DNA from: Paraspadella gotoi
Taxonomy: Eukaryota > Animalia > Chaetognatha
Assembly: GCA_051294375.1 (NCBI GenBank)
Contig: CM119266.1
Span: forward strand, 27,432,221 to 27,496,220
DNA length: 64,000 bases
Direction: 5' to 3'
Part shown: positions 40,100-54,353 of the stretch, piece after piece
Layout of the letters: every line of letters begins with the position of its first letter
Numbering within the stretch: the stretch's first letter is position 1
Notes under the pieces: model-generated
Databases searched by the model: none
The model's input: the letters and a program-made list of their open reading frames with translations, nothing else
Told to the model about the DNA's origin: nothing
Position numbers and translations under genes: made by a program

Positions 40100-43000
40100 C
40101 AGATCTGCTCAAAAAATAGTTTAATAGTTATGATAAATTAGCAATTTTATTATTCGTATATTTGAAGGCGAAAATTAATAATTTTTAGCGTGGGCTCCTC
40201 GTTTCAGTATGAATAAATTGTCGGACCACTATTTGCTTCCAGTACCATTTTCCATGATGACAAGGGCAGGAGAGTCGTTTAGAGGCTGGGAAAATATGAA
40301 GCGTTCGCTCCCCTCAAGATGGTGTTTCAAATTTTTTTGAATCTTTGTCGACATGTGGTATTAGCATGGTGTACTGCAAAGTCGCCCGTCTTTCATCCTT
40401 GGACATTTTCCGGAGTGATGTTGCAGTCAGGCGAAAGTTTCCGGGGCTATTATTACTTGGAAGCTACCGTCCATCCCATTTTATCTCCAGTTAAAATTTG
40501 TCTGGTATCCCAGTATCTTTATCCTTTCATAAAAACCGCCCATTCCACTGTTTTGAATTAAAATAGACTATGGCAACAATTTCCTCTTGCTCTCCAACTG
40601 GCTTGCCAGAGCCCTTACGGTAGGTTCGAATGGCAAGATTTCCAGGTCATCCGTCCTTAGCACTCTTATGACATGCAGGGCCGCTTCGCTTTTCCAAACA
40701 GCTCGTCCAAGAGTTTCCAGTAATGCGTGGTCCAGAAGATTGCGTACACAACTCTGCAGACTGGCCTTATAGGAGAGAGAATTATAAGCTGTTTGGCGAA
40801 TCCTTATCTTGACAAAAGTCCGCGACATCCTTGCACACTTCTGTGGGGATTAGCTCTTTTCAATTAGGCGTGAAAAATAAAAATATGCAGATGCGACTTC
40901 CGCTTTTCTGGGGATAACGCTAGCAAAGTATTCCATCGGTAAAAATTTGATTAACAAATAAATCTTGATAAGTGCGTTCGATCGTGATAACCAATAATTG
41001 ATGCGGATGATAACGAGAAAACTGATTCGATATAATCAAGTGATAAGACAAATTGATTTCGATTGATCAACATACGATTAGATCAGATGTATTGATGCGA
41101 TGTATTCATTCTTGAGTGATCGACTTATCATGTGCTGATTGTTGATAATCATTTCATTGATGCGATGATAGTCATTCAATGGACGCGGATGAGATCCATC
41201 ATCGTTAAATAAAATTCAACAATATTGCGTGTATATGAAATGTATAAGAGAGAGAGAGGAGAGAGAGAAAGAGTGGGAGAGAGACAGAGAGAGAAAAGAG
41301 AGACGAAGAGCTGGTCGTTTTCACTTAACTCGTTGTATATAAAGAATAATCAGAATTTTTTAGAAAAAAATCGCGACGAAAACTCGAGAAATAATGCGAT
41401 AATAAAAGTTTTTAAAGGAACGAAAAAAAAGAGAGAAGAAAGAAGGTGATGACGAGAGAGAGAGAGAGAGAGTAAAGAGAGGATAGAGAGAAAAAGATTT
41501 GTTTACAATTGGAAATTTTTTCCAATTTTTTCCAATCGCAGCTTGTAAAGATTTAATTATATTTGTTAATTAAAATTGTAATTGATATACGCATATACTC
41601 ATTTAAAAAAAATCCTTTGAGTTTCCCATGTTGTCATTAAAGAATTTAAAACACAAATTTTTTGAATTTCATCTTCAATATTATTTATACTTGCAAGTAA
41701 TGTAAATTAGATTAAACATTTCTTATCCAATAATACTAATTTGGATATGTTATTATCGAGATACTTTAATCTGCATTCTGCATGATTGCAGTAAAATACA
41801 TAATGAAGTGGATTTCAAACAAAAATGACTTAAATCCAAATGATTAATATGAAAATATCACAGCTATTTTCAAGATGAAAAGCCATATCTAAATTTTTAA
41901 CTTACTATGATCGCACTTTACTTTAATTAGTTCATCTAAATATAAAAACATTAGTAGAATACAACCAAACTATAAAGCTTCATTAATTATGATTTTATTT
42001 AAATAATAAAAGACGTAAGCATGCCAAACCAAAGCCGGGTGAGTTTTACGAGGAAGGAATCGAGACGGTGACGGGACGACAAGACGACGCGAACGAACGA
42101 CTTAACGATCACACAAAGAGAGCAACCCCACAAAACGTCAAGCGACACTCGATAAAAACAAAAAACAAAGGATCCGGATAAAAATTTTTTTTTTGAGAAA
42201 CCAAATAAAAAAAAAACTGCTAAGATAAATTTCAAAATCCCGTTTTGTCTTTAAGTCCGGGGATCACTCAATTTCACATTATAATTAAGCCCTAACAACC
42301 GAGCTCGATTCAGAAAGGACCAGCTCCTGACGATTTCCGAAAAATGTAGTTGCACTTTATATTTCTTTCAAAGCGTCATCGTTTTTATGATCTTTTTTTT
42401 TGTACTTATATAAAACTAAATAAGAAACCGCTATTTGATAGTGATAGTTGCAGCCCAAACGTAACCGGGTATTTCTCATAAAAATTCGCAATCCAATGAG
42501 ATTACCTCTTTTACGGTCTACTATACTCCAATCTCTAGTGAAAGATACTATTTTCAATAAATTGCTTCTTCCTTCATCAATACTAAATTTCTATATTTTT
42601 ACAATCAAGTTCTTTGGTATATAATTCCTTTGATTATCTTTGAATACGAAAAACAATTTTTCAAAAACAGCTGCTCATAGAAGTCGTCTCGCACCTTTCC
42701 TTCTTGCCCAAGATTTTTTTTCTTCATAGGAGAGTCTAAACGTGGTTGAGCTGCCAACTCTCGTTCTGTTTTATAACTTCCACTTCGTCAAGAAACGTTA
42801 GAATTCTCCTGTGTATCTGCATATAGAATCTCATATAACGGATTTACATAAAGTAAAAAGTCAAATTTGCAAAAGTTAAATTTCGAGTAATGTTTTTGTA
42901 TAACTGCATAAAAACTCATGAAAGTTATAAAAGAGAACCGTCTGGAAAATTGTGAAGAGTAGTTTGTCTTTTAGGGACTTATTAGTGATAACATCTACCC

Positions 43001-43493
43001 CAATGTATAATGTACTTGTACCAAAGGAGATTTAAATTTATAAGAAGTAGAATTGCAGCTTACTGTAAAGAATCAGTTTTAATGTTAAAAATTTAGTTGT
43101 AGAAAATTTAGCTTACATATAAAAATAATTTTTCTCTTGAAAATCTAGTTTTACCGAAGAGAAAAAATTTTGTTTAAATTTTTATGAACATTATTAGGTA
43201 GATTTTTTAAAATGTTTTGAACAATTATTTAAGTAGAAAACCTCTGTACAGGATACTGCAGAAATGATTACGATACAGTAATTAAGAATTTCTACAATTT
43301 TAGGTTGAGTGAATCCCTGGCCTTAAGTACGGCTTCTATAAAATTTAGGCCTAAAAACGTGTTTGATTATGGCTTCAATAAAAGATATTGTTCTTGGCCT
43401 GTCATATAAAACCCAAGCTTTTTAATAATAGGACGACAACAAGCGAATATAGTCGGGGGTTCAAAGTTTAAACTTTTTTTTTTAGCAGATCTG
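40100..43493 (-). mobile_element. Tc1-like element, noisy duplicate of 47339-50315
   Basis: TA-CAGATCTGCTC...AGCAGATCTG-TA termini, with flanks matching those of the second copy. Confidence 0.7.
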
Positions 43494-44651
43494 TACACTC
43501 CAAAGAGACGAGCGACATTTTACCAGAATGTTGATCACTTTTGTATTCATACCGAAGTTTGGATTTTTTAATCGCTTTTGGTTCTAACGTTTTTTGATTA
43601 AATTATTAACCCCTGCTCCAGCGACCGCTCAGTAAACGGCGGATCATCCCGTCTGTGGAAAATTCAAAACCCAACTCAGAAAATTTCGATGAATTTTTTA
43701 CGTGCGACAAACGCTCCGATTTTTCGTGGAAAACATAAGATGGTGAGGAATTGGAAGAGAAAGAACAAACAAACATATTAGGCAGATTTTCGCTCTTTCA
43801 GATGGTAAAAAATAGTTTCTAGTTTACGGTTATAGAAGTATATGAAAATAAACAATACAAATATATATGGAAAACAATAGAATTATTCATAAATGAAGTT
43901 CCAATATGCGGAGATTTTGTCTTCTTAGATAGGTTGTATTTTTTTATGTTGAATTTGGTCGACACTGAAATGACTAAGATTAGTTGTATTGTAGATCTAG
44001 TAATACTAATAGTAATAATGCGATAGTAAATATTATTTGTTAAACTGAAGGAAATTCGGCGAATCGAGAAGTTTCAAAAAAAAGTTAAACTTGATGCAAA
44101 TGAGATAGGATTTGATGTAATTTCATTTCCCTTTTTCGTTTCGTTTCGTTTTTTAAATGAGGGGCGTGTAGTGGGGCCCCGGTTCCATTGGTGCTAGGGA
44201 CGGGCCCATAAAGAATGAAAATGATAATGTCTAGGCGTATGTTATTTTTTGAAATAGATTTATCTATAATGACATAAGACTGCTGGTCTCTGCAATCTGC
44301 ATAATTAAAATTACTTATATAATTACCTATATAGAATAAGGGGAAATTATTAGGGCTTTTAAAGGGGATCCGCTAAGAAAATAGTGGAGGGGCTCAGGAG
44401 CACAGGAGACGACAAGGCGAAGGGAAGTGAGGTGGAGGTGGAGACGATGGCATGGGAAAGGGGGAGAATGTCAAAAAAGAGATAAAGGTATTGAGCAAAA
44501 TATGAATAGCAACAACAGAACAAGTATTAACAAAAAATTGAAATAAATAAAAAAGAAAATTGCTTGTATCTTAAATAGAAAGAGAAATGAGACAAATGGT
44601 TTAAAGGATAAACAATTATAATTAAGAAATGGAAATGATAATTGTAAGGTG

Positions 44652-45816
44652 GGACTGAATCGACCAAATGTTTTAAAAGATTTTTAAACATATTATTATA
44701 CTAAAACTGAAATGAAATGAAAGGGGACTTGAATCGACAAATGTTTAAAAGATTTTAAAATAATAATCTAAAATGAAATGAAAATGAAAAGGGGACTGAA
44801 TCGACAAATGTTTAAAAGATTTTAAACATGTATATCTTCAAAAATGAAATGAAATGAAAGGGGACTGAATCGACAAATGCTTAAAAGATTTTATAAACAA
44901 TTATATCTTAAAACTTGAAATGAAATGAAAAGGGACTGAATCGACAAATGTTTAAAAGATTTTTAAAATATATATCTAAACTGAAATGAATGAAAGGGAC
45001 TGAATCGACAAAATGTTTAAAAGATTTTAAACAATTTATATCTCTAAAACTGAAATAAATTGAAAGGACTGAATCGACAAATGTTTAAAAGATTTTAAAC
45101 AATTATATCTAAAACTGAAATGATAATGAAAGGGACTGAATCGACAAATGTATAAAAGTTTTAAACAATATATATCTAAAACTGAAATGAAATTGAAAGG
45201 GGACTGAATCGACAAATGTGTAAAAGATTTTTAAACATTATATCTAAAACTGAAATGAAATGAAAGGGACTGAAATCGACAAATGCTTTAAAGATTTTAA
45301 ACAATTATTATATCTAAAACTGAAATGAAATGAAAGGACTGAATCGACAAATGTGTTAAAGGATTTTAAACAATTATATCTAAAATGAAATGAAATGAAA
45401 GGGGACTGAATCGACAAATGTTAAAGATTTTAAACAATTATATCTAAACTGAAAATGAAATGATAAGGGGACTGAATCGACAAAATGTTAAAGATTTTAA
45501 AACATTATAATTCTTAAAACTTGAAATGAAATGAAAGGGGACTGAATCGACAAATGCTTAAAAGATTTTAAACAATTATATCTAAAATGAAATGAAATGA
45601 AAGGGGACTGAATCAACAAATGTGTAAAAGATTTTAAACAATTATATCTAAAACTGAAATGAAATGAAAGGGGACTGAATCGACAAATGTTTAAAAGATT
45701 TTAAACAATTATATCTAAAACTGAAATGAAATGAAAGGGGACTGAATCGACAAATGTTTAAAAGATTTTAAACAATTATATCTAAAACTGAAATGAAATG
45801 AAAGGGGACTGAATCG
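44652..45816. repeat. 67-bp satellite array, about 17 units
   Basis: Unit aaaactgaaatgaaatgaaaggggactgaatcgacaaatgtttaaaagattttaaacaattatatct. Period 67 (45661 to 45728). No spacers. Confidence 0.95.
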
Positions 45817-46694
45817 TCGCTCTCCCTTCGTAAATGCTTACCAACCTTTGCAAAATATCATCTCAAACTGAATCGGAATTCCGGTCCAAATGTTTTGTTA
45901 TTTTGATTTTGTTATTGTTTGTTTGTTTTGATTAGTCACTCGTCGAGACCTTTCACTCGGCGAACAGTCGCAGGTACAACAAAGGAGTAAGAATACATTA
46001 TTGATTGGCCTCGAATGGAGGGAGGGAGAAGGGGGAGAGAGAGGGAGAGAGAGAGAGAGAGAGAGAGAGATCTGATTAAAAGGCATTAGAAAAAGTTTAC
46101 CGAGCGAGAAATGGTTATGTGTATCTCGACTACGGAAGAGATGAGCTCCTGACGCGACTCTTCTCCTTTGGGAGGTAGTGGGGCGAAGATTGTGGGCGCC
46201 GATTGAAGGTGCCACAGTGGCCATACAATATCCACCTCATAGAATCGTTGCTGCGATAGTGAATTGGTTATATCGGCGATTAATGTTGATATTTGAAATT
46301 GAAGCTTTTATCTTAAAAGGAATAAAAAAGATATATGCCTATCAAATTTTTCTGATTCAATCGATTGAAAATACTGGTGTGGGGTTAAAAAAAAACTTAT
46401 TTAAAATATGAGCTTTTATTATTTAAATTGATTTGATCTACATATTCATAAGTATTATTATACTTTCTGTTTTCCTCTAACTTTCTCTCTCTGAAAAAAA
46501 AGGACAAAGGAAGAGCAAGAGTAGGAGGAGGAAGAGCAGCTTGTACTGAAGATTGCTCAAATGTGGCAAATGTCGCCTTCTTCGTTTCAACCTCGTCGTG
46601 CGGGGAAAAAAAAGAGCAATATCACCCGAATTGAAGAAATGTGCTTCGATATAAGGGGAAACAAGTTACAAGGTAGAGAATGTCTTTCGAAAAG

Positions 46695-46751
<57 letters not shown>

Positions 46752-47428
46752 CAGGCAATCGGCTCTCGGCGCGGGTTACTCGACGCGAGAGAACGGCCTA
46801 CTTTTCCCTGTTATTGTGTTTGCGGTGTTATTATTGTTCCTTTCTCCGTCGTCGTCGTCGTCGTCGTCGTTCATCGTTTGTCGTCCTTCGTCGATTGCGT
46901 GCTCCACCTGGGAAGGCGGGCGTGCGCAGATATGGGGCGACACGTGCGCCAAGGGACCCCTGGAGTAAATAGACCCGATTTTAACTGTTGTCGATATTAC
47001 TCTCTCGTGCTTGCGTGATATTGCTTATTTCTTAGGATTACTGTTAGGGCGCACATACACGCGTCAGCCATCTTCCTGTCTTTCGTTAGAGTGCATTAAC
47101 ATTAGCATGCGTATCAGTGGTATCACACGCGCCGAGTTTTCACGCGCGCGTTTTTGCCCCCGAAAATATTTTCTCTCTTCGAATTGAGTTGTTTTCTTTT
47201 CGACCTTTTGCACTTGGCGCGGACGGACCGGCGCGCATTGCAAAGTTTAAATCTCTCACTCCCAGTCCCACTCTCACTCCATTTCTTAAATTATATCTCT
47301 TACTCTCATCACTAATTACTAAACGCAAAGCTTAAATACAGATCTGCTCAAAAAAAGTTTAATAGTTATGATAAAAGCATTTTATTTCGTTATTTGAAGG
47401 AAAATAATAATTTTTAGGTCTCAGTTAG

Positions 47429-48008
47429 TTAATAAATTGTCGGACCACTATTTGCTTCCAGTACCATTTCCATGAGACAAGGGAGAGAGTCGTAGAGGCT
47501 GGGAAAATATGAAGGGTTCAGCTCCCTCAAATGTGTTTTCAAATTTTTTTGATTTTGTCGACTGTCATTGCATTGTACTGCAAAATGTCCCTTTTCATCC
47601 TTGACATTTTCGATGATGTTGCAGTCAGGCAAGTTTCCGGGCTAACCTTTGAGCACCTCCATCCCATTTTTCTCATTAAATTTTTGTATCCAGAAGCTTT
47701 ATCCTTCATAAAAAGCCGCCCATTCACTGTTAAATGACTGGCAACAATTCCTCTTCTCTCAACTGGCTTGCAGAAGCCTTACGGTTTTGAATTGCAAGAC
47801 TTTCCAGGTCATCGTCCTTGCTCTTATGAACATGCAGGGCCGCTCGCTTCCAACAGCTCGTCCAAGGTTTCCAGTTGCTTCAAATTTGTTAACAACTCTG
47901 CAGATGGCTTAAGGAGAGAAATTAAGCTGTTTGGCGATCCTATATCTTGACAAACCCACTTTCCAAAGCTCAACAATTGCAGCTTTCTTTTTGGGGTTTA
48001 GCTGTTTT
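47429..48008 (-). pseudogene. Tc1 transposase pseudogene, internally deleted
   Basis: KQLNPKKKAAIVELWKVGLSRYRIAKQLNFSP*AICRVVNKFEATGNLGRAVGSERP (HTH plus GRPR-like motif), LAIQNRKASASQL, FMKDKA (second Asp), *PGNLPDCNIIENV (WPxxSPDLNPIE-like) and LYDSLP..VLEANSGPTIY* (Tc1 C-terminus). Contains stops and frameshifts. Confidence 0.9.
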
Positions 48009-48014
48009 TAAGTT

Positions 48015-48351
48015 TCCTATTGGTAAAAAAAATAATAAAAAATCTTAAAAGCAATAGAGATCGAGCCGCTTTCGATGGCTAACCAAATATTGATGCGATG
48101 ATAACCAAATATTGTATGCGATGATAACCAATAATTGATGCGATGATAACAAAATAACTGATGTGATGATAATCAAATGATTGATGCCGATGCATAGTCA
48201 TTCATTGATGTGATGATAATCATTCATTGATATGATGATAATCATTCATTGATGCGATGATAGTCATTCATTGACGCGATGAATCATTCATTCGTAAATA
48301 AAACAAACAAATGCGTGTATGAATGAAAGAGAGAGAGAAGAGAGAGAGAAA

Positions 48352-48383
<32 letters not shown>

Positions 48384-48498
48384 GCTGCGTCAGTTTTCAC
48401 TTCCGTTTATATAAAGAATAATCAGAATTTTTTAGAAAAAAATCCACGAAAATCTCGGAATAAATGGCGATAATAAAAAGTTTTTTAGAAGGAAAAAA

Positions 48499-48543
<45 letters not shown>

Positions 48544-49135
48544 TAGAGAGAAAAAGATTGTTTTACAATTGGAAATTTTTCCAATTTTTTCCAATCGCCA
48601 GCTTGTAAAAGATTTAAATTTATATTTGTATTAAAATTAAGATATAGCTTCTCATTAAAAAAAATCCTTTGAGTTCCCATTTTTATTAAAATTTAAAAAA
48701 AATTTTTTGAATTTCATCTTCAAGTATTATATACTTGCAATATGTAAATTAGATTAAGCATTTCTATATACTAATTTGGATATTATAATGAGTACTTTAA
48801 TCTCATTTGCATATGCAGTAAATCATAATGAAGTGGAAATTCAAACAAAAAATACTTAAATCCAAATTGTAATATGAAATATCACAGCTATTTCAAGATG
48901 AAAAGCCATATCTAAATTTTTAACTTACTATGATCGCACACTTTTGTAAAACTTTATCATAATTCATAATAATTTTTATTTTAAAAAAAACGGTAAGTCC
49001 ACAGCCAAACCTATAAAAGCGTAGTAGTTTTTATATATGAAAACAGCGTGACGGACGACGACGGAACGACGACGACGACTACGTCACAAAGAAGCAACCC
49101 CACAAAACGGTCAAAGGCTCAGAAAAAACAAAAAC
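48015..49135 (-). mobile_element. HINE family 2 copy nested in the Tc1 element
   Basis: Inverted homolog of 24082-25115 joined to 21533-21595 without the DNA transposon. GATCGAGCC near 48060. Confidence 0.6.
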
Positions 49136-51653
49136 AAAGATGGATAAAAATTTTTTTTTTGAAAAAATAAAAAATTGTAAGATAAATTTAATCCTTTTTT
49201 TGATTTAAGGTCGCGGGATCACTCAATTCAAATTATAATTAGCCTAAAACCGAGCTCGGATTCGAAAGGAGAGCTCCTGACGATTCCGAAATGTATTCAC
49301 TTTACTATTTTTTCAAAGGCGTCATTCGTTTTTTTTGATTTTTTTTGTACTATATAATAAAAGAAACCTATTTTGAAGAGTTGCAGCCCAAACGGTAAGG
49401 CGTTTCTCATAAAATTTGCATGAATTACTTTTAGGTCACTAACTCCATTCTATGAAAAGATATTTTCAAAATTTGCCTTCCTTCATATAAAATTTGATTA
49501 TTTTAATCAATTTTTGGATTAATTCCTTGATATCTTTGAAACGAAAAACATTTTTTCAAAACGCGCTCATAGAATCTCTCCCACCTTTCCTTTCTTGCCC
49601 AAGATATTTTTTTCTTCAAGAAGAGTCAAACGGTTTGAGCTGCAACTCTTCCGTTTTTAACTTCACTTCGTCAAGAAAGTTAAATTCTGTACTCATTAAA
49701 CTCATTAAACATTTACATAAAGTAAAAAGTCAAATTGAAATAAATTCGATAAGTTTTTTAACCTAAAAACTCATGAAAGTATAAAAAACCGTCTGGAAAA
49801 TGTGAAGAGTAGTTTGTTTTAGACTTATTAGTGATACAACCCCATGTATGTACTTGTACCAAAGGAAGAATTAAATATAAGAAGTAGAAATTGAGCTTAC
49901 TGTAAAGAATCAGTTTTAAGTTAAAAATTTAGTTGTAGAAATTTAGCTTACATATAAAAAATATTTTTCTCTTGAAAATCTAGTTTTACCGAAGAAAAAA
50001 ATTTTGTTTAAATTTTTATGAACATTTTAGGTAGATTTTTAAAAGTTTTTGAACAATTTTTAATAGAAAACCTCTTACAGGATATGAGAAAATGATTAAG
50101 ATACAGTAAATTAAGATTTCTAACTATTTTTTAGGTTGAGTGATCCCTGGCCTTAAGTACTGCTTCTATAATATTTAGCCTAAAAACGTTGTTATGGCTT
50201 CGAATAAAAGATATTTGTCTTGGCTGTCATATAAACCCAAGTTTTAATTAATAGGACGACAAACAAGCGAGATAGTCGGGGGTTCAAAGTTTAAACTTTT
50301 TTTTTAGCAGATCTGTACACTCCAAGAGACGAGCGCTTTTACCAAATTTGATCACTTTTGTATTCATACCGAAGTTTGGATTTTTTAACGCTTTTGTTCT
50401 AACGTTTTTGATAAATTATTAACCCCTGCTCCAGCGACCCGCTCCAGTAAACCGGCGGATCATCCCGTCTGTGGAATTCAAACCCAACTCAGAAAATTTC
50501 ATGAATTTTTTACTCGCAACGTCCGATTTTCGTGGAAAAATATAAGATGAGGAATGGAAAAAAACAAACAAACATATTTGAGGGCAGATTTTCGCTCTTC
50601 AGATGGTAAAAAAATATTTAGTTTAGGTTATAGAAGTATGAAAATAAACAATACAAATATATATGGAAACAATAAATATTCATAAATGAAGTTCCAATAT
50701 GGAGTATTGTCTTCATTTATTTTTTGTTGAATTGGTCGACACTGAATAGACTAGATTAGTGTATTAGTAATAGTAATACTAATAGTAATAATGCGATAGT
50801 AAATTTATTTTTAAATGAGAAATTCGCGAATCAAATTCAAAAAAAGTTTAAACTGATGCAAATGAGATTTATGTAATTTCATTTCCCTTTTTCGTTTCGT
50901 TTCGTTTTTTAAATGAGTTTACTCAATTCTTTCTTTTTCTTTCCATTCTCTAAACCCGCCTAATCTTACCTATCTTCCTTCTTTTCTTCTACCTTTCCTC
51001 TCCGTCTCTCCATCTCTCCACCCATTCTCTCTCTTCCTTTCTTTCCTTTTCTTTATCCTTTCCTTTCCCCTTCTTCGCTCAATTCCGTCTGTCCCCGTTC
51101 ATCCTCATTAAACATTCATTCTCTGCCAATCGCCCGCGATTCGATATAAGGATTCTCGAACGGTGAGGATCTCCATTTTCCTTCTTATCTCAGCCGCAGC
51201 CCATTAGTCATTTGTTTCTTTTATCTTTGAATCTGATCTTTGAAAAAGTTCTTGGGTTTTATCATTTTTTTTTCTCCTCGATTGATCATTACTTTATGTT
51301 TTTCCTAATTTGTACATATAACAACGAGATCGAGTTGACGGTGCCCATTTTCGACCAGTAACCACAGACGTCAATGTTGACCTCCATCTGCCTGACGCTG
51401 AGCGCGAAAGTCTTTCCCACTCGGACTCCCGCACTGAGAGAGGAATGTCATCTAAATTGCACGTTCGTAAATCTTAGACGCTTTTGACTTTACGAAGTTG
51501 ATATATTTGACGTTTCGCTCCGTACTTATTTACTAAAATCAAATTCGAAATTGATGTTAACTAAATTGTTATTTCTTTATATTTTCCTCTTGGGTAGAAG
51601 GGAAATTGTTTTACAACAAAACTAAATCGTGCCATAAATTAATTTGCATATAA

Positions 51654-54353
51654 GACACAATGAAAAATGGCGTAACGTTACTGTTCCGTGCATAAAAAAA
51701 ATTCACTGTTTAATATTATTATATTTCTTTTTATTTTTTGAAACGTTATAGTTTCATATGTTGATATCCAAAATATCAATGCAAAATCTTTTTTTGTTTT
51801 TTAGATATGACTGAATATAGGGTGAAAGATGATAAATTTTTTAAAAAAGTTACTTATTCATATTTATTCATAGAATTGTAATAGAAAAAAAAATAATAGT
51901 ACTAATAGTTAGTGTTATGTCTCAAATAGAGCGAAAAAAAACCTCATTTAAAAATTCGATCGGGAAGTGGGGTAACTAAGGCTTACCAATGGCATCCTCC
52001 ACGCCGATTGTTCTCTCAAATAATTTTTTTTATTTAATACATGAAAATGAAAGGGAAAAAAAGAAAATTTGGAATGCAGGTTGCAGAAAGGGTACAGATA
52101 ATCTGGACTTATTGACATGATAACCATGACCTTTTATATCTTGTGAAATGGGGGCAGTAAAGAAATCTAAAAAATTTTATCATTAAGTCAGTCAATAAAC
52201 CCTTTCCAATGGGCTATTACGAGAAATATTTTTTTTTAATTAAAATGGATGATAAATAATAGAATTAAATTCCTTGCTATATTTAAAAAAAAATTATCAA
52301 TACAATTTAACACAATAATGTTTTGCTTTGTCAAATATGTTACCAGCTATATCATTTTTTACAACTTTATTATGATAAACAAGCAGTGTGTCAAGCTTTT
52401 AGTTTGCAGTTAAAGATAATGAAAAATGACGATTTTTTTTTCACAGACAAGAAGGTAGATGTCCAGACTGTTTATATCAAGCTGAAAACATTTTTGTATT
52501 TATTATTTTTAATATTTAAAAATACATTTTATCAAGCTATAACATAAATTTTTGCTTGTTTTTTACTTTAACTGAAAAATATAAGCAATTTTATGGAATA
52601 AAAAAAATTTATTAATAAACAAAATGTAATTCAGTTTTTCCTTTTTCAAATTAAAAAAGAAAAAGAAAAAATTTCATAGACCTTCATTGAAATTTTTAAA
52701 GCAAAAAACTGTTATACTTTTAACTCTGATTTAAACAAAAGCTGTGTAAAGATGTATCTGTGTTGGGCCGCGCGGTTCCCCTTCGCGTTTTGGATCGCAA
52801 AATGCAAGCTTCTTCCCTGCGGTCCTGGATTGGCGAGCCTCGACCAATCACCGTCGAGAGATATTGAGAAGAGAATTGTACCTTTTTACCGCGGTTTCCG
52901 CGCGCAGCCATTGAGGAAACGCGTTGGTCGTCGGATTATTGTGATGCATTTGATCTTGTAGAACGGACGGCCAACCGTTTTCAAACCCAGTAGAGGTTAA
53001 ATTATTATTGCGACGCACGATTTTTAACTTGTTTTTAAATTGTTTTTAATATGTTTTTACCCTGTTTTTAACTAGTTTTTACATTGTTTTTAATCGGTTT
53101 TTTAATATGTTTATTTCGTGCCTTTTTATTTGATACTAATACATGTTCTTTTAACCTCACTAACCTTCGAATTCGTGGCCGAGAAAATTAGGTTATTTGA
53201 ATACAAGATCAAACAAAAGATTTATGGATTTAATTTAATAAAACTCTTTTAGAAAAGGGTGTCCCATGATTAGGGCTTTAATTTGATACCACATCCACCT
53301 TGCTACCTTTTTCTTTCAAAAGTTATTTAAAAAAAATAACTTTTTTTAAATTACGCAGTATAAAATCTTGTTAAATAAAAATTTCGGCAAAAGCGGAGTA
53401 TCTCACTTATTTCTATTGGTACAATACTTAAATTTCAAAATAAAACTTGAAGAAAATTTTTTGTCATTTAGAGACATATCACTTTCAGATGTACCCATCG
53501 TATAATAATTTATTTATTTATTTCCCCGAAAAAAAGCTTAATTAAAAAAGTTGAAATTTTTTTAAATTGTCTGGAAAAAATTTCGTCCGACCTATGCTCA
53601 TTGAGAATAATGGTTTTGCATAAAAATCAAAATATCAAAAAAATAAAAAATCAGCCTCTAAAAAAATCGAAAAAGGCTCGAGGCTGATTTTTTTAGAATT
53701 GCAATATTTTTTTTCCTCCGACTCATAAATCCATTATTCTCAAGTTTCAAAATATTTTTTTCCAAAAATCATTCAATTTTTTTATTAATTTAAAATGTTT
53801 TTATGATGTTGTTTTTGTTTGAAAGAATTGAAAAAAAATAAAAAATATAATAATTATATAAGGTTTTTAAAAATTACCTTTAAAATATTAAATAATTAGA
53901 CACAAGGGGAGTAAGCAGAGAAAACTTCCCATTCATAAAAAAAAATGAAAATGAATTTGTCATATTGTTATTTAGATTAATTGACTAATTACAAACAAAT
54001 GATTCATATAAATTAGGGAAATAATGGGTAAAAAATTATTTATCTTGGTCTCGTTAACTATTAGGTTATCGTTAAAGTTTTGTTTAATAATATTAATATT
54101 TTTTTTACATTTATAAAAGCAATGTCTAAAATTTTGTAAGCGTTTCAAGCTATATTGCTTCATCTTTTTTACTATTTTTGATCAAGTTAGCTTTTTTGTT
54201 GATGGTCAAGGGTTATGGTCAGATACAGTAATGTCCAGTAGTGTATATCGCATATATTACCAAAAGTAATGATCAATTAATTTTGCTCAGAAACAATTTT
54301 AAAGGGACAAAATCAGCACGAGACCGTTTCGCCACGTTATTTTTCATTGTGTC
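51654..54353 (+). mobile_element. Non-autonomous TIR DNA transposon, copy 2 (15-bp TIR, 4-bp TSD ATAA)
   Basis: GACACAATGAAAAAT at 51654 and ATTTTTCATTGTGTC ending at 54353, with ATAA on both sides. Confidence 0.9.
52753..53215. mobile_element. Solo LTR with 5-bp TSD
   Basis: TGT...ACA termini, AAAGA at 52748-52752 and 53216-53220, and absence at the paralogous site near 23030. Confidence 0.8.

Larger units (their letters stand above)
47339..50315 (-). mobile_element. Tc1/mariner-superfamily (Tc1-like) DNA transposon
   Basis: TIRs CAGATCTGCTCAAAAAAAGTTTAA / TTAAACTTTTTTTTTAGCAGATCTG, TA at 47337-47338 and 50316-50317, and an internal transposase relic. Confidence 0.9.

Noticed and set aside
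44652-45816. CRISPR-like regular repeat
   Set aside because: Units are contiguous with no unique spacers, there are no cas genes, and the context is eukaryotic.
49270-49300. CTGACGA-TTCC-GAAA hammerhead-like motif
   Set aside because: No stem II and no stem I pairing.
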